NCBI GenBank assembly: GCA_021161835.1
Contig: JAGGZV010000003.1
Coordinates: 1 to 53,551 of the forward strand
Source of the DNA: Thermotogota bacterium
GTDB taxonomy: Bacteria > Thermotogota > Thermotogae > UBA12178
Reading direction: 5' to 3'
Length of the DNA stretch: 53,551 nucleotides
A model generated the notes under the pieces. It was not told the DNA's origin. It saw nothing but the letters and a program-made list of their open reading frames with translations, and did not search any database. Positions within the stretch are counted from its first letter, which is position 1; the number at the start of each line of letters is the position of its first letter. The position numbers and the translations under genes are program-made. Shown here piece by piece: positions 8,525 to 18,230 of the stretch.

Positions 8525-9344
8525 TCAACCCTTTCACGATCTTTTCAACAACGTTGGGATCTTTGAAGAGGGCACTTCCCACGGCCACCGCATCTGCGCC
8601 CAGATCCAGATACTCCTTAGCATCTTCAGCCGTGTAGACACCCCCTGAAGCGATTATGAAAATGTCTTCGAAGTGTTTGCGAACTTCGTAGATCATCCTC
8701 AAAGCAATGGGTTTGAGAATGGGACCTGACAAACCACCCACAACGTAATTTCTGCCCGCATCCATGTGTAAACCTCTGATGGTGTTTATGAGTGTTACCC
8801 CATCCCATCCTTCTGTTTTTATGAGTTCAACCGCTTTTTCCACGAATATGCCTTCCATTCCTATTTTTGCTATCAGGAACGTGTTGGGTAGCGTTTCCCT
8901 TATTAATCTTAAAGTGTCCCGCCATTCCTGCTTGTTTTCAATTATTGAAAGTCCCCCTTTCTCAACATTGGGGCACGAGAAGTTGAATTCAACTGCCTCG
9001 AACTTCTCAGATATCTCGCTGAATCTTTCAGATATTTTCAGGTATTCGTCTTTCGATTCCCCACCCAGGCTCGCTATCACTTTCACTTTTTCGAACAGGT
9101 GGTTAAACTCTCCTTTTTTTACATCCTTCAGAAACCTTTCTATGCCTGGGTTTTCCAGACCTATGGAATTCAAAATGTAGAATTCTCCCGCTCTCATTCT
9201 GGGAGGAGGATTGCCACTTTTTGGTTTGTAAGTTATCGTTTTGAGGGTATATGCGCCAACATATTCTGGCGGTATGAAATGCATGTACTCACCGAATCCA
9301 CCAACACCGGACGCTATCACAATGGGAGGATTTATTACCAGCAC
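8502..9344 (-). CDS. pyrD: Dihydroorotate dehydrogenase (class 1B) catalytic subunit
   Basis: KTIT, GNPPPR, NSIGLENPG, NFSCPN, INT, GGLSGPILKPIAL, GADAVAVGSA. Confidence 0.93.
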   Translation of the reverse strand: MLVINPPIVIASGVGGFGEYMHFIPPEYVGAYTLKTITYKPKSGNPPPRMRAGEFYILNSIGLENPGIERFLKDVKKGEFNHLFEKVKVIASLGGESKDEYLKISERFSEISEKFEAVEFNFSCPNVEKGGLSIIENKQEWRDTLRLIRETLPNTFLIAKIGMEGIFVEKAVELIKTEGWDGVTLINTIRGLHMDAGRNYVVGGLSGPILKPIALRMIYEVRKHFEDIFIIASGGVYTAEDAKEYLDLGADAVAVGSALFKDPNVVEKIVKGLSDRITRE

Positions 9345-10006
9345 AGTTCATCACCTCTGAAAATGGGACCATCTGTACATACGTGTTTGATCCCGTATTT
9401 CGTTTGTATAGCACAACTCTTACATGCTCCAATTCCACACCCCATATATTCTTCGAGCGCCAGAAATATCTCAGTTTTGCGCTTTTTCAGAATGTTCCAG
9501 GCTTTCTTTTCCATTTCGATCGATCCTGATATCAAATACCATTCATAATCCAGTTTTTTAATGCGTTCTTCGAAGGCGTTGTCTCCCACCACGGTTTCGA
9601 AGGGAGTTTTCATCACCAAGGGTGTTCTACTTCCTACAAGCACCTCCACTCCATAGATTTCGTTGAGCATAGAAGCCATGGTTATGGATGCCGTTGAAAC
9701 TATCGCCATACCTCTTTCGTTTGGTGGAACAAAGGGATTACCCAGGGGAAGATGACATCTGATTTGCGTTGCTTCAAACACCAGGTATTTTGTGCCCTTT
9801 CCACGGATTTTCACAGAAATGGCTGTTTTCCCCATCCATCTACCCAGTATGAAAGGTTTGCGGACAAGAGCAGGTGTTTCCATCATAACGAACTGACCTG
9901 GAGAAAAATCTGGATCTTCCTCGAAGATCAGAATAAAAGTGTCCTCGTTTATCTGTAGTACTTTTTTCTTGGTCAAAATCAGATTTTCCACCGTTTCTAC
10001 CTCCAT
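9335..10006 (-). CDS. pyrK: Dihydroorotate dehydrogenase electron-transfer subunit
   Basis: PGQFVM, GKGT, PLGNPF, [2Fe-2S] motif MGCGIGACKSC...VCTDGPIF; adjacent to pyrD. Confidence 0.9.
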   Translation of the reverse strand: MEVETVENLILTKKKVLQINEDTFILIFEEDPDFSPGQFVMMETPALVRKPFILGRWMGKTAISVKIRGKGTKYLVFEATQIRCHLPLGNPFVPPNERGMAIVSTASITMASMLNEIYGVEVLVGSRTPLVMKTPFETVVGDNAFEERIKKLDYEWYLISGSIEMEKKAWNILKKRKTEIFLALEEYMGCGIGACKSCAIQTKYGIKHVCTDGPIFRGDELCW

Positions 10007-10015
10007 CCCGACAAA

Positions 10016-11137
10016 TTATCGGAAAAACGAAGATATAAATTCTATCAATCTGTTCCTGTAGCTTTCCCACACGAAGATGTTTGTGTTGTTTCTCAAGGTT
10101 TCGAGTATTTTCGTGTACTTTTCACTTTCAAGAGTGTCGATGATCTTCTTCGCTGAACCGGAAGGATCGTGTTCCACATCTACGACTATACCCACTCCAT
10201 GTTTCTCAACCCATCTTACCATTTCGATGAGCTGGGCATCCACGATGACGGGTGTTCCAGCGGCAAGGGTGTCGAAGAATTTGTGTGGTAACATGAACTT
10301 TTCGTCCAGCGACGCAGGACCAAGTTCTCTGAAAGTCATGAGACCGAACAAACTGTGCTGAAGGTATTCCATCATCCTGGAATATGGCATGAAAGGGAGA
10401 AAGGTAACGTTACCATTGTAATGTCCACCTTCTATTCCCACAACCACTATGGAAATCGTTGCATCCAGCTTTCTCAAGGCTTTTTCCAGTCGATACAATG
10501 GTTGAAGGTCTCGAGGGGTTTTACCCACCAGTACCAGTCTCCGTTCTCGCTTTTTCGCATTTAAAATTGGCAGGGAAAAATCTGCCACGTTCGGTAACAC
10601 CGTGTATGGTTTGTCAAGAGTATATTTTTCGAGTATGAATCTCCCCATGGTTTCCGAGATGAAAATTAGTCCATTCACCAGCTTTAACTGTTTCTTGAAA
10701 AGGTGCGACATTATTTTTCTCTTGAGTTTGATCGCGAAAGATGGTAAATATTCCATCGAAGCATGAGGATAGTATTCGTGTATGTCGCAAACAATCACAC
10801 TTCCCCTTTTTCTCCCGGTCTTGAAGATTTTGAACGGCATTGTCATGGGGGGATGATGGAAGTACCATATTCTAGCGTTCGATTCCACACATATATCCAA
10901 TATTCTCTTTTCATTCCTTCTTCTCATCAACCCATTCGATGAGGAATACGGAATGGGTACAAACTCAACATCATCGTGTTTTCTTTTCAACTCTTTCTCT
11001 TTCTCGTTTTTATCAGCTCGGGAAGCAAAAACATATATCACCCTGTACTTCGATGATAGGGTATCGACGGTTCTGAAAACTCGCTTATCGTCCACAGAAT
11101 GTGGATAACCGATGATGCAGATGTCTGCTTTTCTCAT
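10016..11137 (-). CDS. GT-B fold glycosyltransferase (GT4-like)
   Basis: H..DDKRVF, VCDIHEYYP, LPHKFFDTLAAGTPVIV, GIVVD. Start moved to ATG 11137, which overlaps the amylase stop (TGATG). Confidence 0.8.
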   Translation of the reverse strand: MRKADICIIGYPHSVDDKRVFRTVDTLSSKYRVIYVFASRADKNEKEKELKRKHDDVEFVPIPYSSSNGLMRRRNEKRILDICVESNARIWYFHHPPMTMPFKIFKTGRKRGSVIVCDIHEYYPHASMEYLPSFAIKLKRKIMSHLFKKQLKLVNGLIFISETMGRFILEKYTLDKPYTVLPNVADFSLPILNAKKRERRLVLVGKTPRDLQPLYRLEKALRKLDATISIVVVGIEGGHYNGNVTFLPFMPYSRMMEYLQHSLFGLMTFRELGPASLDEKFMLPHKFFDTLAAGTPVIVDAQLIEMVRWVEKHGVGIVVDVEHDPSGSAKKIIDTLESEKYTKILETLRNNTNIFVWESYRNRLIEFISSFFR

Positions 11138-13650
11138 CACTTTCCTATGTTCGATGAACAAATTATTACGGCATCGTCCATTATATAAGGGTCGTTTTCT
11201 TCGCCACCGCCGAATATATACGCTCCCGGCTTTTCGGCCAACGGTCTGAATCTTCCTTCTATGCCATCGTAATCCCAGGTTGTCACATATATCTTCCAAC
11301 CATCAAATGATGTAGGATTCCCAAGACTCGAACCTTTTACGATGAACGAGATCTTTCTATCCTCAACTCTAACTTCGGGTGCAGGAGATAAAGGTTTGCC
11401 GAACTTCTTGTCTTCCGCCCCCTCGCTGGAATACATGGATATTTCCCAACCAGTTGCAAATATTTCATAATCCCAATCCATCATTTCAGGAACAGTTGCA
11501 TTCTGATAAGGCATGACCTTTTTACCTTTTGTGTCCGGTCGATCTATGAATATCTGAAACGTCACGTGATCGAATCCAAAGGGTGGCGCCCATGATCGCG
11601 TCACTTCACGCATTATAATGGATACGACGAGATTCGTGCCAATTTGTTTCACCTCCACCTTTTCTATGTCCATCTGCCGTTTGAAAGTGATATCGATGGG
11701 GTAGATGTACCGTTCAAAGGGTCCTTTGTCATCATCCAGCGGATCATCGATTTTCGCCAGCTCTATGGTCGGCAAGACTAGTTCGAAGGTGTACTCTGTC
11801 GAGAACGCTCTATGAGCCGGCGTTTTGCCGATAGCCTTCGCAACAAGAGTATGAAATCCAGGCTCAAATTTTGCTGAATCAACCTTTATTTTCCACCTTT
11901 CCTCAGCCTTGCCTTCCAGTTTTACTTCTATATATTCTCTGGTCTTTCTATCGAAGTATACTCTGATTTTCCTGGCATGATGTGCCACACCTTCCACCGT
12001 GAAATCTCCTGTGATTTTCTTGCCTTCTGTGAAATTCGTTATTTTGATCTGCACAGGACTTTTTCTGATTTTTCTCCTTTCATCCGTTTGCATGAATATT
12101 CCGAAGGATTCAGGTGGCAACGTAAGGTTTATCTTTCCACCTTCCTTGACTATCACCTTCCTGCTTATCAATCGGTTGGTCAGGAGCGGAGTCAAAACGC
12201 TTCCTTCTTCTAGGCCACTTTCAAGATTCACGACCATCTTTTCTTCCACAGACGTGTTCATGAAAACAAAGGCTTTTTCATCTTTGTAGGTCAGAGAATA
12301 AACCAACACGCCAGGACCACTGATTTCGGCCATCAGCGGTTTCACTCTGCCATATCTGAAGATTGCGTATTTCTTCCTGAGTTCAGAAAGCGTTTTTATG
12401 AACCTGTACAACTCCGTCGTGGTATCAAAATGATCCATCCCGCCCGAGGCGAATCCTTCTTTGAACATGGCTGCTCTTGTTTCCAGAAGACCCTGTTCTG
12501 TTCCATAGTAGACAATCGGTACACCGGGAATGGTGAAGATGACTGCTAAAGCCATTTTTAACCTGTTGAACGTTGATCCCTTCAAAAAGCGAGTCATATC
12601 ATGGTTGTCTATGAATGTGAACAGAAGACCTTTTTTCAGATACTTTTCGCGGATTTCTAAGCGATATGCAAGATACGAAGTGGGTTTACTGTTTTTTATA
12701 ACTCTCTTTATCTCCTCACAGAGTGGAAAATCCAGCATACCATTGAATCCATCTTCGAAGTATCCGGCGATAAACTGCTCAGCAGTTTCTTCGAAAGGTT
12801 TGGAAGTTCTCCACGCTTCACCAAACACCACAAAATCTTTATTCTTACTTCGTGCAAAATTCAAAATTCCATCTTCCGATAAAAGAAAATCTTTCCAGAA
12901 CTCGTGGGGAACGTATATGACGGTGTCCACCCTGAAACCATCCACATCCGCTTCATCTATCCAGAATTTATATGAATTTTTCAACGCCGTTATCACCAAC
13001 GGATTTTCCGTGTTCAGGTCATCTAAACCCATTGCTTGATAATTGTACCTCTGATTTTCATCATTGTAATTGCTGATCTCAGGTGTCCAGTGATACACGT
13101 TCAATTTTCTGTGTTCTGGATCATTGAAATTGTTCATGTTGAAAGGATATTGTGTGGGTGCAGGTGTTGGAACACTCCCTTGGTTTCGTTCGTACCTGCC
13201 GTCTATCAATCTAAAATAATCCCCAACGTGGTTGCATACTATATCTTGTATCACCTTCAATCCTTTTCTGTGAGCTTCATCCACTAGTCCTCTGTATGTT
13301 TTTATGTTACCAAAATGTTCGTCGATTTCCTTGAAATTTCTGGCCCAATAACCGTGATAACCGCCGTAATTCACCCAGGGATTCCACCACTGATTCGCTA
13401 TAGGAGGGGTTATCCATATAGCTGTTACACCCAAATTCATGATGTAGTCGAGTTTTTCTAGTATACCCTTGAGATCGCCACCATTGTAATGTGCATTATC
13501 ATGCGCGTATTCCTCTACTCCCATATCGTTGTTAGCTGGATTGCCATCGAAAAACCTGTCTATCATGATCATGTAGACGATTTCATCTTCCCACCCAGCG
13601 AGGACATATATACATAGCAATAGAAGCACTACCACAAGGAATTTGGGCAT
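11137..13650 (-). CDS. Secreted GH13 alpha-amylase-family enzyme with C-terminal glucodextranase DOMON-like domain
   Basis: Signal peptide MPKFLVVVLLLLCIYVLA after SD GGAGGTG. GH13 regions GGDLKG, YHGYW, DIVCNH, GFRVDT, FGEAW, FIDNHD, YYGTEQ. C-terminal DDPLDDDKGP..YIYP...PFGFDHVTFQIFID. Confidence 0.9.
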   Translation of the reverse strand: MPKFLVVVLLLLCIYVLAGWEDEIVYMIMIDRFFDGNPANNDMGVEEYAHDNAHYNGGDLKGILEKLDYIMNLGVTAIWITPPIANQWWNPWVNYGGYHGYWARNFKEIDEHFGNIKTYRGLVDEAHRKGLKVIQDIVCNHVGDYFRLIDGRYERNQGSVPTPAPTQYPFNMNNFNDPEHRKLNVYHWTPEISNYNDENQRYNYQAMGLDDLNTENPLVITALKNSYKFWIDEADVDGFRVDTVIYVPHEFWKDFLLSEDGILNFARSKNKDFVVFGEAWRTSKPFEETAEQFIAGYFEDGFNGMLDFPLCEEIKRVIKNSKPTSYLAYRLEIREKYLKKGLLFTFIDNHDMTRFLKGSTFNRLKMALAVIFTIPGVPIVYYGTEQGLLETRAAMFKEGFASGGMDHFDTTTELYRFIKTLSELRKKYAIFRYGRVKPLMAEISGPGVLVYSLTYKDEKAFVFMNTSVEEKMVVNLESGLEEGSVLTPLLTNRLISRKVIVKEGGKINLTLPPESFGIFMQTDERRKIRKSPVQIKITNFTEGKKITGDFTVEGVAHHARKIRVYFDRKTREYIEVKLEGKAEERWKIKVDSAKFEPGFHTLVAKAIGKTPAHRAFSTEYTFELVLPTIELAKIDDPLDDDKGPFERYIYPIDITFKRQMDIEKVEVKQIGTNLVVSIIMREVTRSWAPPFGFDHVTFQIFIDRPDTKGKKVMPYQNATVPEMMDWDYEIFATGWEISMYSSEGAEDKKFGKPLSPAPEVRVEDRKISFIVKGSSLGNPTSFDGWKIYVTTWDYDGIEGRFRPLAEKPGAYIFGGGEENDPYIMDDAVIICSSNIGK

Positions 13651-13710
13651 ATCCTCACCTCCATAGAGCTGAAGAGAAGTTTTGGAAGATGCACATGAAA
13701 ATTCTATCAC

Positions 13711-13740
13711 TTTGCGGTCATATGTTTTGCGGTCATATGT
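13711..13740. repeat. Perfect 15-bp tandem duplication
   Basis: TTTGCGGTCATATGT twice (13711-13725 and 13726-13740). Confidence 0.9.
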
Positions 13741-14593
13741 TGATCTTCACAGTTCTATCGATCTTCACGAATTCTATCTCTTCGGTGCTTATAAAATCTC
13801 CACATACGAACAACATATCATTTTCCTGGTATTCCCCTTTGCGATTTTCATCGTATATGACCAGGTTCAGGGATTCACCTGTCCGTAAATCCCGCACTTT
13901 CAAAACTACCGGCATGTATATGCTGTGAGTTATATCCGTGACTTCAACTATGCCCTTGAAACGTCCAAGAATCTCGTAATTCTCTGAGAAACCTTTAAAC
14001 ACATCTTCCGGGGTTCTGTAGGCAAAGTGGAAACGGAAGATCTTACCTTTGTATCGTAAGCATAGAGGTTTCAATTTTCCTCTTTTTATAACTCCCATGT
14101 TTTCGTGATGAGCCAGGAATTTTATCTTCCTATGAATCTCCAGATTTTTCGAAAGGTCGAATCTGAGAATCAGATCGATACTACCCATTTTCTTGCGTAA
14201 TCCAAGCTGGTATTCTCCCACCATGCCCATATGGTGAATGTCATCTACTCCCAACATTGATAATAGCTTGTTTATTATTTTCGAAATATTTTCATGACGA
14301 TTCACAAACATTTTCATGGTTTTAAAGGGATCGCACATGAAGATCACGTCATCCATGGATATCAAATATCTTCCTTCTATGAAGTGAGCTTTCTTCAATT
14401 TCAGTCGTTTTGCATTTTCAAAGCTTTTTGATGCGCCGTTACCGGTTTCCAGTTTCACATACCTTTTACCAAAGATTGAGTACGTACCTTTCTCGTGTAC
14501 GAGATAAAGGTAGTCAACCACTATGTGGTTCTTCGAATGCCACCATCCCACCACACGACAAATATCGTATTCTCTGGTTATGAAGAAGGTCAT
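13733..14593 (-). CDS. Hypothetical protein, degenerate nucleotidyltransferase-like
   Basis: 286-aa ORF with SD GGGAG. MGMVGEYQLGLRKKMGSIDLIL resembles the Pol-beta NTase hG[GS]...DxD motif with key residues altered. Confidence 0.55.
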   Translation of the reverse strand: MTFFITREYDICRVVGWWHSKNHIVVDYLYLVHEKGTYSIFGKRYVKLETGNGASKSFENAKRLKLKKAHFIEGRYLISMDDVIFMCDPFKTMKMFVNRHENISKIINKLLSMLGVDDIHHMGMVGEYQLGLRKKMGSIDLILRFDLSKNLEIHRKIKFLAHHENMGVIKRGKLKPLCLRYKGKIFRFHFAYRTPEDVFKGFSENYEILGRFKGIVEVTDITHSIYMPVVLKVRDLRTGESLNLVIYDENRKGEYQENDMLFVCGDFISTEEIEFVKIDRTVKINI

Positions 14594-14897
14594 ATACTCC
14601 CTATTTACATCTTACTCCATTCCATTTGACTTTCAAGTTTTTGAGTGACTGCATGTATTTGTTCATGCATATTTGCGGTGCCGGAAATTCGATATTTTTA
14701 ATTTTGCGTGTTTTTTGGTGTACAACGCTACACATTTTTGCACCAATCTGTGTTCAATACTCACACATCACACCTGTGTTTTTACGCTCTAGATACATAA
14801 GGATGTGGAGATATTCAGCTGTTGAATTTGTGAGGTCTTTAGCGTGCTAATATATTAGAGATGGCGAACGATGCTTCTCTTTCATGGAGGCGAAACG

Positions 14898-17279
14898 ATG
14901 AAGAAGCTTTCCGTTTCAGATGTAGAGATTTCCATCCCTATGTTCGACAACGTGCATTCTACGGAAGACGTGGATGAATCTACCGGATTTGTTGGCCAAT
15001 CGAAAGCGTACGAAGCTTTGAAAACGGCACTGGAGATAGAGCATAAAGGCTATCATGCCTATGTATCGGGACCTGTCGGTACTGGACGGCGTACTTTTAT
15101 AAGAATGATGGCCAGGGAGTACGCGCGAAGGTATCCTACACCTCCGGATCTGGTATACGTGAACAACTTCGAGAACATGTGGGAACCCATTTTCATGAAA
15201 TTGTCCGCAGGGCAGGGCATGGAGCTCAAACAGGATATGGATAGGTTGGTTCAAGAAGCCCTCGAAGCGATTCGTAAAACGTTCGAGAGTGATGAATACA
15301 CTAAAAGGCGTTCTGAACTGGAAAACGAGTATCTGGAGGAAAAAAACAGACTCTGGGAGGATCTTCGGGAAAAAGCACGTGAGCTGAGTTTCGATGTTCA
15401 AATAACTCCAACCGGTATCGTCACAGTTCCCATGATCGAGGGAAAGCCGGTGGCTCCCGAGGTGTTCGAACAGTTACCCAAAGATATGAAAGAAAAGATA
15501 AGGGAAAACAGCACCAAGTTGAAGGTACTCCTTGAAGGAGCCCTCGCTAAATCGAGATATCTTGACAGAAAATTGAAGGAAAGTCTGAACGATTTAGACA
15601 GATATGTGGCCATGTTCGCGATAGGTGCAATCTTCGATGAGTTGAAGGGAAAGTATCACAACAATTCAGACGTTAAAGACTTCCTTGAGGCCGTTAAGTC
15701 AGATATGTTGAAAAATCTCGACAAGCTTCGTTCAGAGGACGGTGAAACACTGGAATTTTTGAAGAGACGTTATGGAGTTAACGTGCTTGTTGATAACTCC
15801 GGACAGCAGGGTGCACCAATAGTGGAGGAAGATCATCCCACTTACGCAAACCTCTTGGGTAAAGTGGAATACTACGCCAGGCAGGGACTATTGCACACCG
15901 ATTATTCCATGATAAGAGCGGGAGCGGTGCACAGGGCAAACGGCGGTTTCCTGATCATAGATGCTCTGGAGTTGATAAGTCGCCCATTTGCATGGGAAGG
16001 GCTGAAAAGGGTTTTAAATGCTCAGCAGGTAAAGATAGAGAATCTCGAATCTTCGCTTGGATTCAGCAATCTTCACACCCTGAAGCCACAGCCTATACCC
16101 GTGAAACTCAAGGTGATACTGGTAGGGCCAGAATGGGTGTATTCTTACCTTTACACAGTGGACGAAGATTTCAGAAAGCTTTTTGGTATAAAGGTTCCTT
16201 TCGATTGGGTCATGGATTTAAACGAGGAGAATGTGCGTGGTTTCATGGCAGCAATGAGCGCCATTGTGAAAGAAAATGGTCTCCTGCATTTTCGGAAAGA
16301 TGCAGTTGAGGAAGTGATAAAGTATAGCCTCAGACTGTCCGGTGATAGAAGGAAACTGAGCACCCGATTCTCCATGGTACAGCGGTTGATGATCGAAGCA
16401 TCTCATCTGGCGAAAGAAGAGGGGAAGAGTATGGTGGAGGTACAGCATGTGAAGAGGGCGCGAGAAATGTATGAGAACAGAGTTAACCTTTATCGTGAAA
16501 AGCTGGATGAAGCCCTTGTAAGAGGAGAATTGATGGTGGATACCAGTGGCAGGCGGGTGGGACAGATAAATGGTTTGACGGTGATGGAACTTGGGGATTA
16601 CTCGTTTGGGATACCTGTGCGTATAACGGCTAAAACTTACCTTGGTAAACCAGGTGTTATAGATATACAGAGAGAAGCCGATCTCAGCGGCAAGATACAC
16701 AGCAAGGCCGTTATGATACTGGAATCGTATTTAAACTGGAAGTATGGTAGGTGGGCTCCCATTTCCCTGACGGCGAGCCTGAGTTTCGAACAGGTTTATT
16801 CGATCGTGGAAGGAGATAGCGCTTCGTTGGCAGAAACGTTGGCTTTACTTTCCGTGGTGTCTGGGGTACCCGTAAGGCAAGACATAGCTGTAACTGGTTC
16901 TATAAATCAGCATGGAGAGGTACAACCTGTCGGTGGCATACCTGAAAAGATAGAAGGATTCTTCAGACTATGTTCTGCAAGGGGTTTAACGGGGAAACAA
17001 GGCGTTATAATCCCTTCGCGTAATGTGGATCATCTTGTGTTGAACGATGATGTCATGGAAGCGATAAGGAAAGGAAAATTTCACATATGGACGGTAGATA
17101 ATGTAGATGAAGCGGCGGAAATAGTTATGGAAAAACGAGCAGGTAACGAACTCAAGAGAGGAGGATTCACCAAGGATTCCATAAATGATCTGGTGTACAA
17201 GGCTCTTAGAAAAGCGAAAAAGCTTGAAGAAAGTGAAGCAGCTCGAAAACCTTCAAAGAGGAAAAGAAAGAGGGGGTGA
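14898..17279 (+). CDS. Lon-like protease of LonC type (AAA-like plus S16 protease domain)
   Basis: VGQSKA, GPVGTGRRT, YVNNF, AGAVHRANGGFLII, GQINGL, SFEQVY..VEGDSAS (catalytic Ser), GGIPEKIEGFF (catalytic Lys). Start at ATG 14898 after SD GGAGG. Confidence 0.9.
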   Translation: MKKLSVSDVEISIPMFDNVHSTEDVDESTGFVGQSKAYEALKTALEIEHKGYHAYVSGPVGTGRRTFIRMMAREYARRYPTPPDLVYVNNFENMWEPIFMKLSAGQGMELKQDMDRLVQEALEAIRKTFESDEYTKRRSELENEYLEEKNRLWEDLREKARELSFDVQITPTGIVTVPMIEGKPVAPEVFEQLPKDMKEKIRENSTKLKVLLEGALAKSRYLDRKLKESLNDLDRYVAMFAIGAIFDELKGKYHNNSDVKDFLEAVKSDMLKNLDKLRSEDGETLEFLKRRYGVNVLVDNSGQQGAPIVEEDHPTYANLLGKVEYYARQGLLHTDYSMIRAGAVHRANGGFLIIDALELISRPFAWEGLKRVLNAQQVKIENLESSLGFSNLHTLKPQPIPVKLKVILVGPEWVYSYLYTVDEDFRKLFGIKVPFDWVMDLNEENVRGFMAAMSAIVKENGLLHFRKDAVEEVIKYSLRLSGDRRKLSTRFSMVQRLMIEASHLAKEEGKSMVEVQHVKRAREMYENRVNLYREKLDEALVRGELMVDTSGRRVGQINGLTVMELGDYSFGIPVRITAKTYLGKPGVIDIQREADLSGKIHSKAVMILESYLNWKYGRWAPISLTASLSFEQVYSIVEGDSASLAETLALLSVVSGVPVRQDIAVTGSINQHGEVQPVGGIPEKIEGFFRLCSARGLTGKQGVIIPSRNVDHLVLNDDVMEAIRKGKFHIWTVDNVDEAAEIVMEKRAGNELKRGGFTKDSINDLVYKALRKAKKLEESEAARKPSKRKRKRG

Positions 17280-17285
17280 AAAGAT

Positions 17286-18230
17286 ATGGCGAGATTCAAC
17301 GTGCGTGCTATCGTCATTCTTGTGGTACTTGTAATCCTCGGGATATATCTGGTGAGTGGCGTTTACCAGGTGGGGCCTTCCGAAGTGGGGTTGGTTAAAC
17401 TGTTCGGGAGGTATGTGAGGACAGCTGGCCCAGGTATACATTATCATTTACCTTATCCTTTCGAAACGGTGACCAAGACCGATGTACGAACTCTAAGAAA
17501 AATAGAAATAGGTTTCAGAACGATTTCCACCAATCCACTTACCTACCGTGAAGTGCCAGAGGAATCGCTGATGCTCACAGGAGACGGCAACATTGCCAGT
17601 GTTGAAGCCGTGGTCAGGTACAGAGTGAAAGATCCTGTGAAGTTTGCTTTTAAGCTGGTGGATGATTTCACGCTGGTAAAGTTCGTAACTGAGTCGGTGA
17701 TAAGGGAGAAGGTGGCTGGCAGAACGATAGACGAGGTTCTAACCACCGAAAGGGATGTGATAGCCATGGAAGCTGCCAGGAAGATACAGCAGATTCTGGA
17801 TGAAATGGATGTTGGAATATCGATAGAGGGAGTGTATCTGCAGGATGTTTCGCCCCCGGAGAAAGTTGCTGATGCATTTTACGATGTCATAAATGCTCTG
17901 CAGGATAAGGAACGTATCATAAACGATGCGCAGAAATATGCGAACGATGTTATACCGAGAGCAGAAGGTGAAGCTCAAAAGATTCTGAATGAGGCGGAGG
18001 CTTACATGCAGGAAAAGATACTCGAAGCTCAAGGGGAAACAGCTCGGTTTCTGCAGGTATTGAGGAAATACAGGGAAAATCCGGAGATAACAAGGAAAAG
18101 GTTGTACATTGAGACACTCGAAAAAGTACTTGCCGATAAGAAGAAGATTCTGATCCTGACAAAAGATGGAACGCTGAAACTGCTGGATCTTGGCAAACTC
18201 ATTGCAGGAGAAGGGGGTGAGGGTAAATGA
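17286..18230 (+). CDS. hflK: FtsH protease modulator HflK (SPFH domain)
   Basis: N-terminal TM helix, PGIHYHLPYPFE, ESLMLTGDGNI, AFYDVINALQD, A.GETARF, TRKRLYIETLE. Confidence 0.92.
   Translation: MARFNVRAIVILVVLVILGIYLVSGVYQVGPSEVGLVKLFGRYVRTAGPGIHYHLPYPFETVTKTDVRTLRKIEIGFRTISTNPLTYREVPEESLMLTGDGNIASVEAVVRYRVKDPVKFAFKLVDDFTLVKFVTESVIREKVAGRTIDEVLTTERDVIAMEAARKIQQILDEMDVGISIEGVYLQDVSPPEKVADAFYDVINALQDKERIINDAQKYANDVIPRAEGEAQKILNEAEAYMQEKILEAQGETARFLQVLRKYRENPEITRKRLYIETLEKVLADKKKILILTKDGTLKLLDLGKLIAGEGGEGK

Noticed and set aside
14594-14897. 300-bp divergent intergenic region as a riboswitch or ncRNA
   Set aside because: Only short imperfect inverted repeats (e.g. TGCATG-N8-CATGCA) and no recognisable aptamer motif; an Rfam/Infernal search would be needed.
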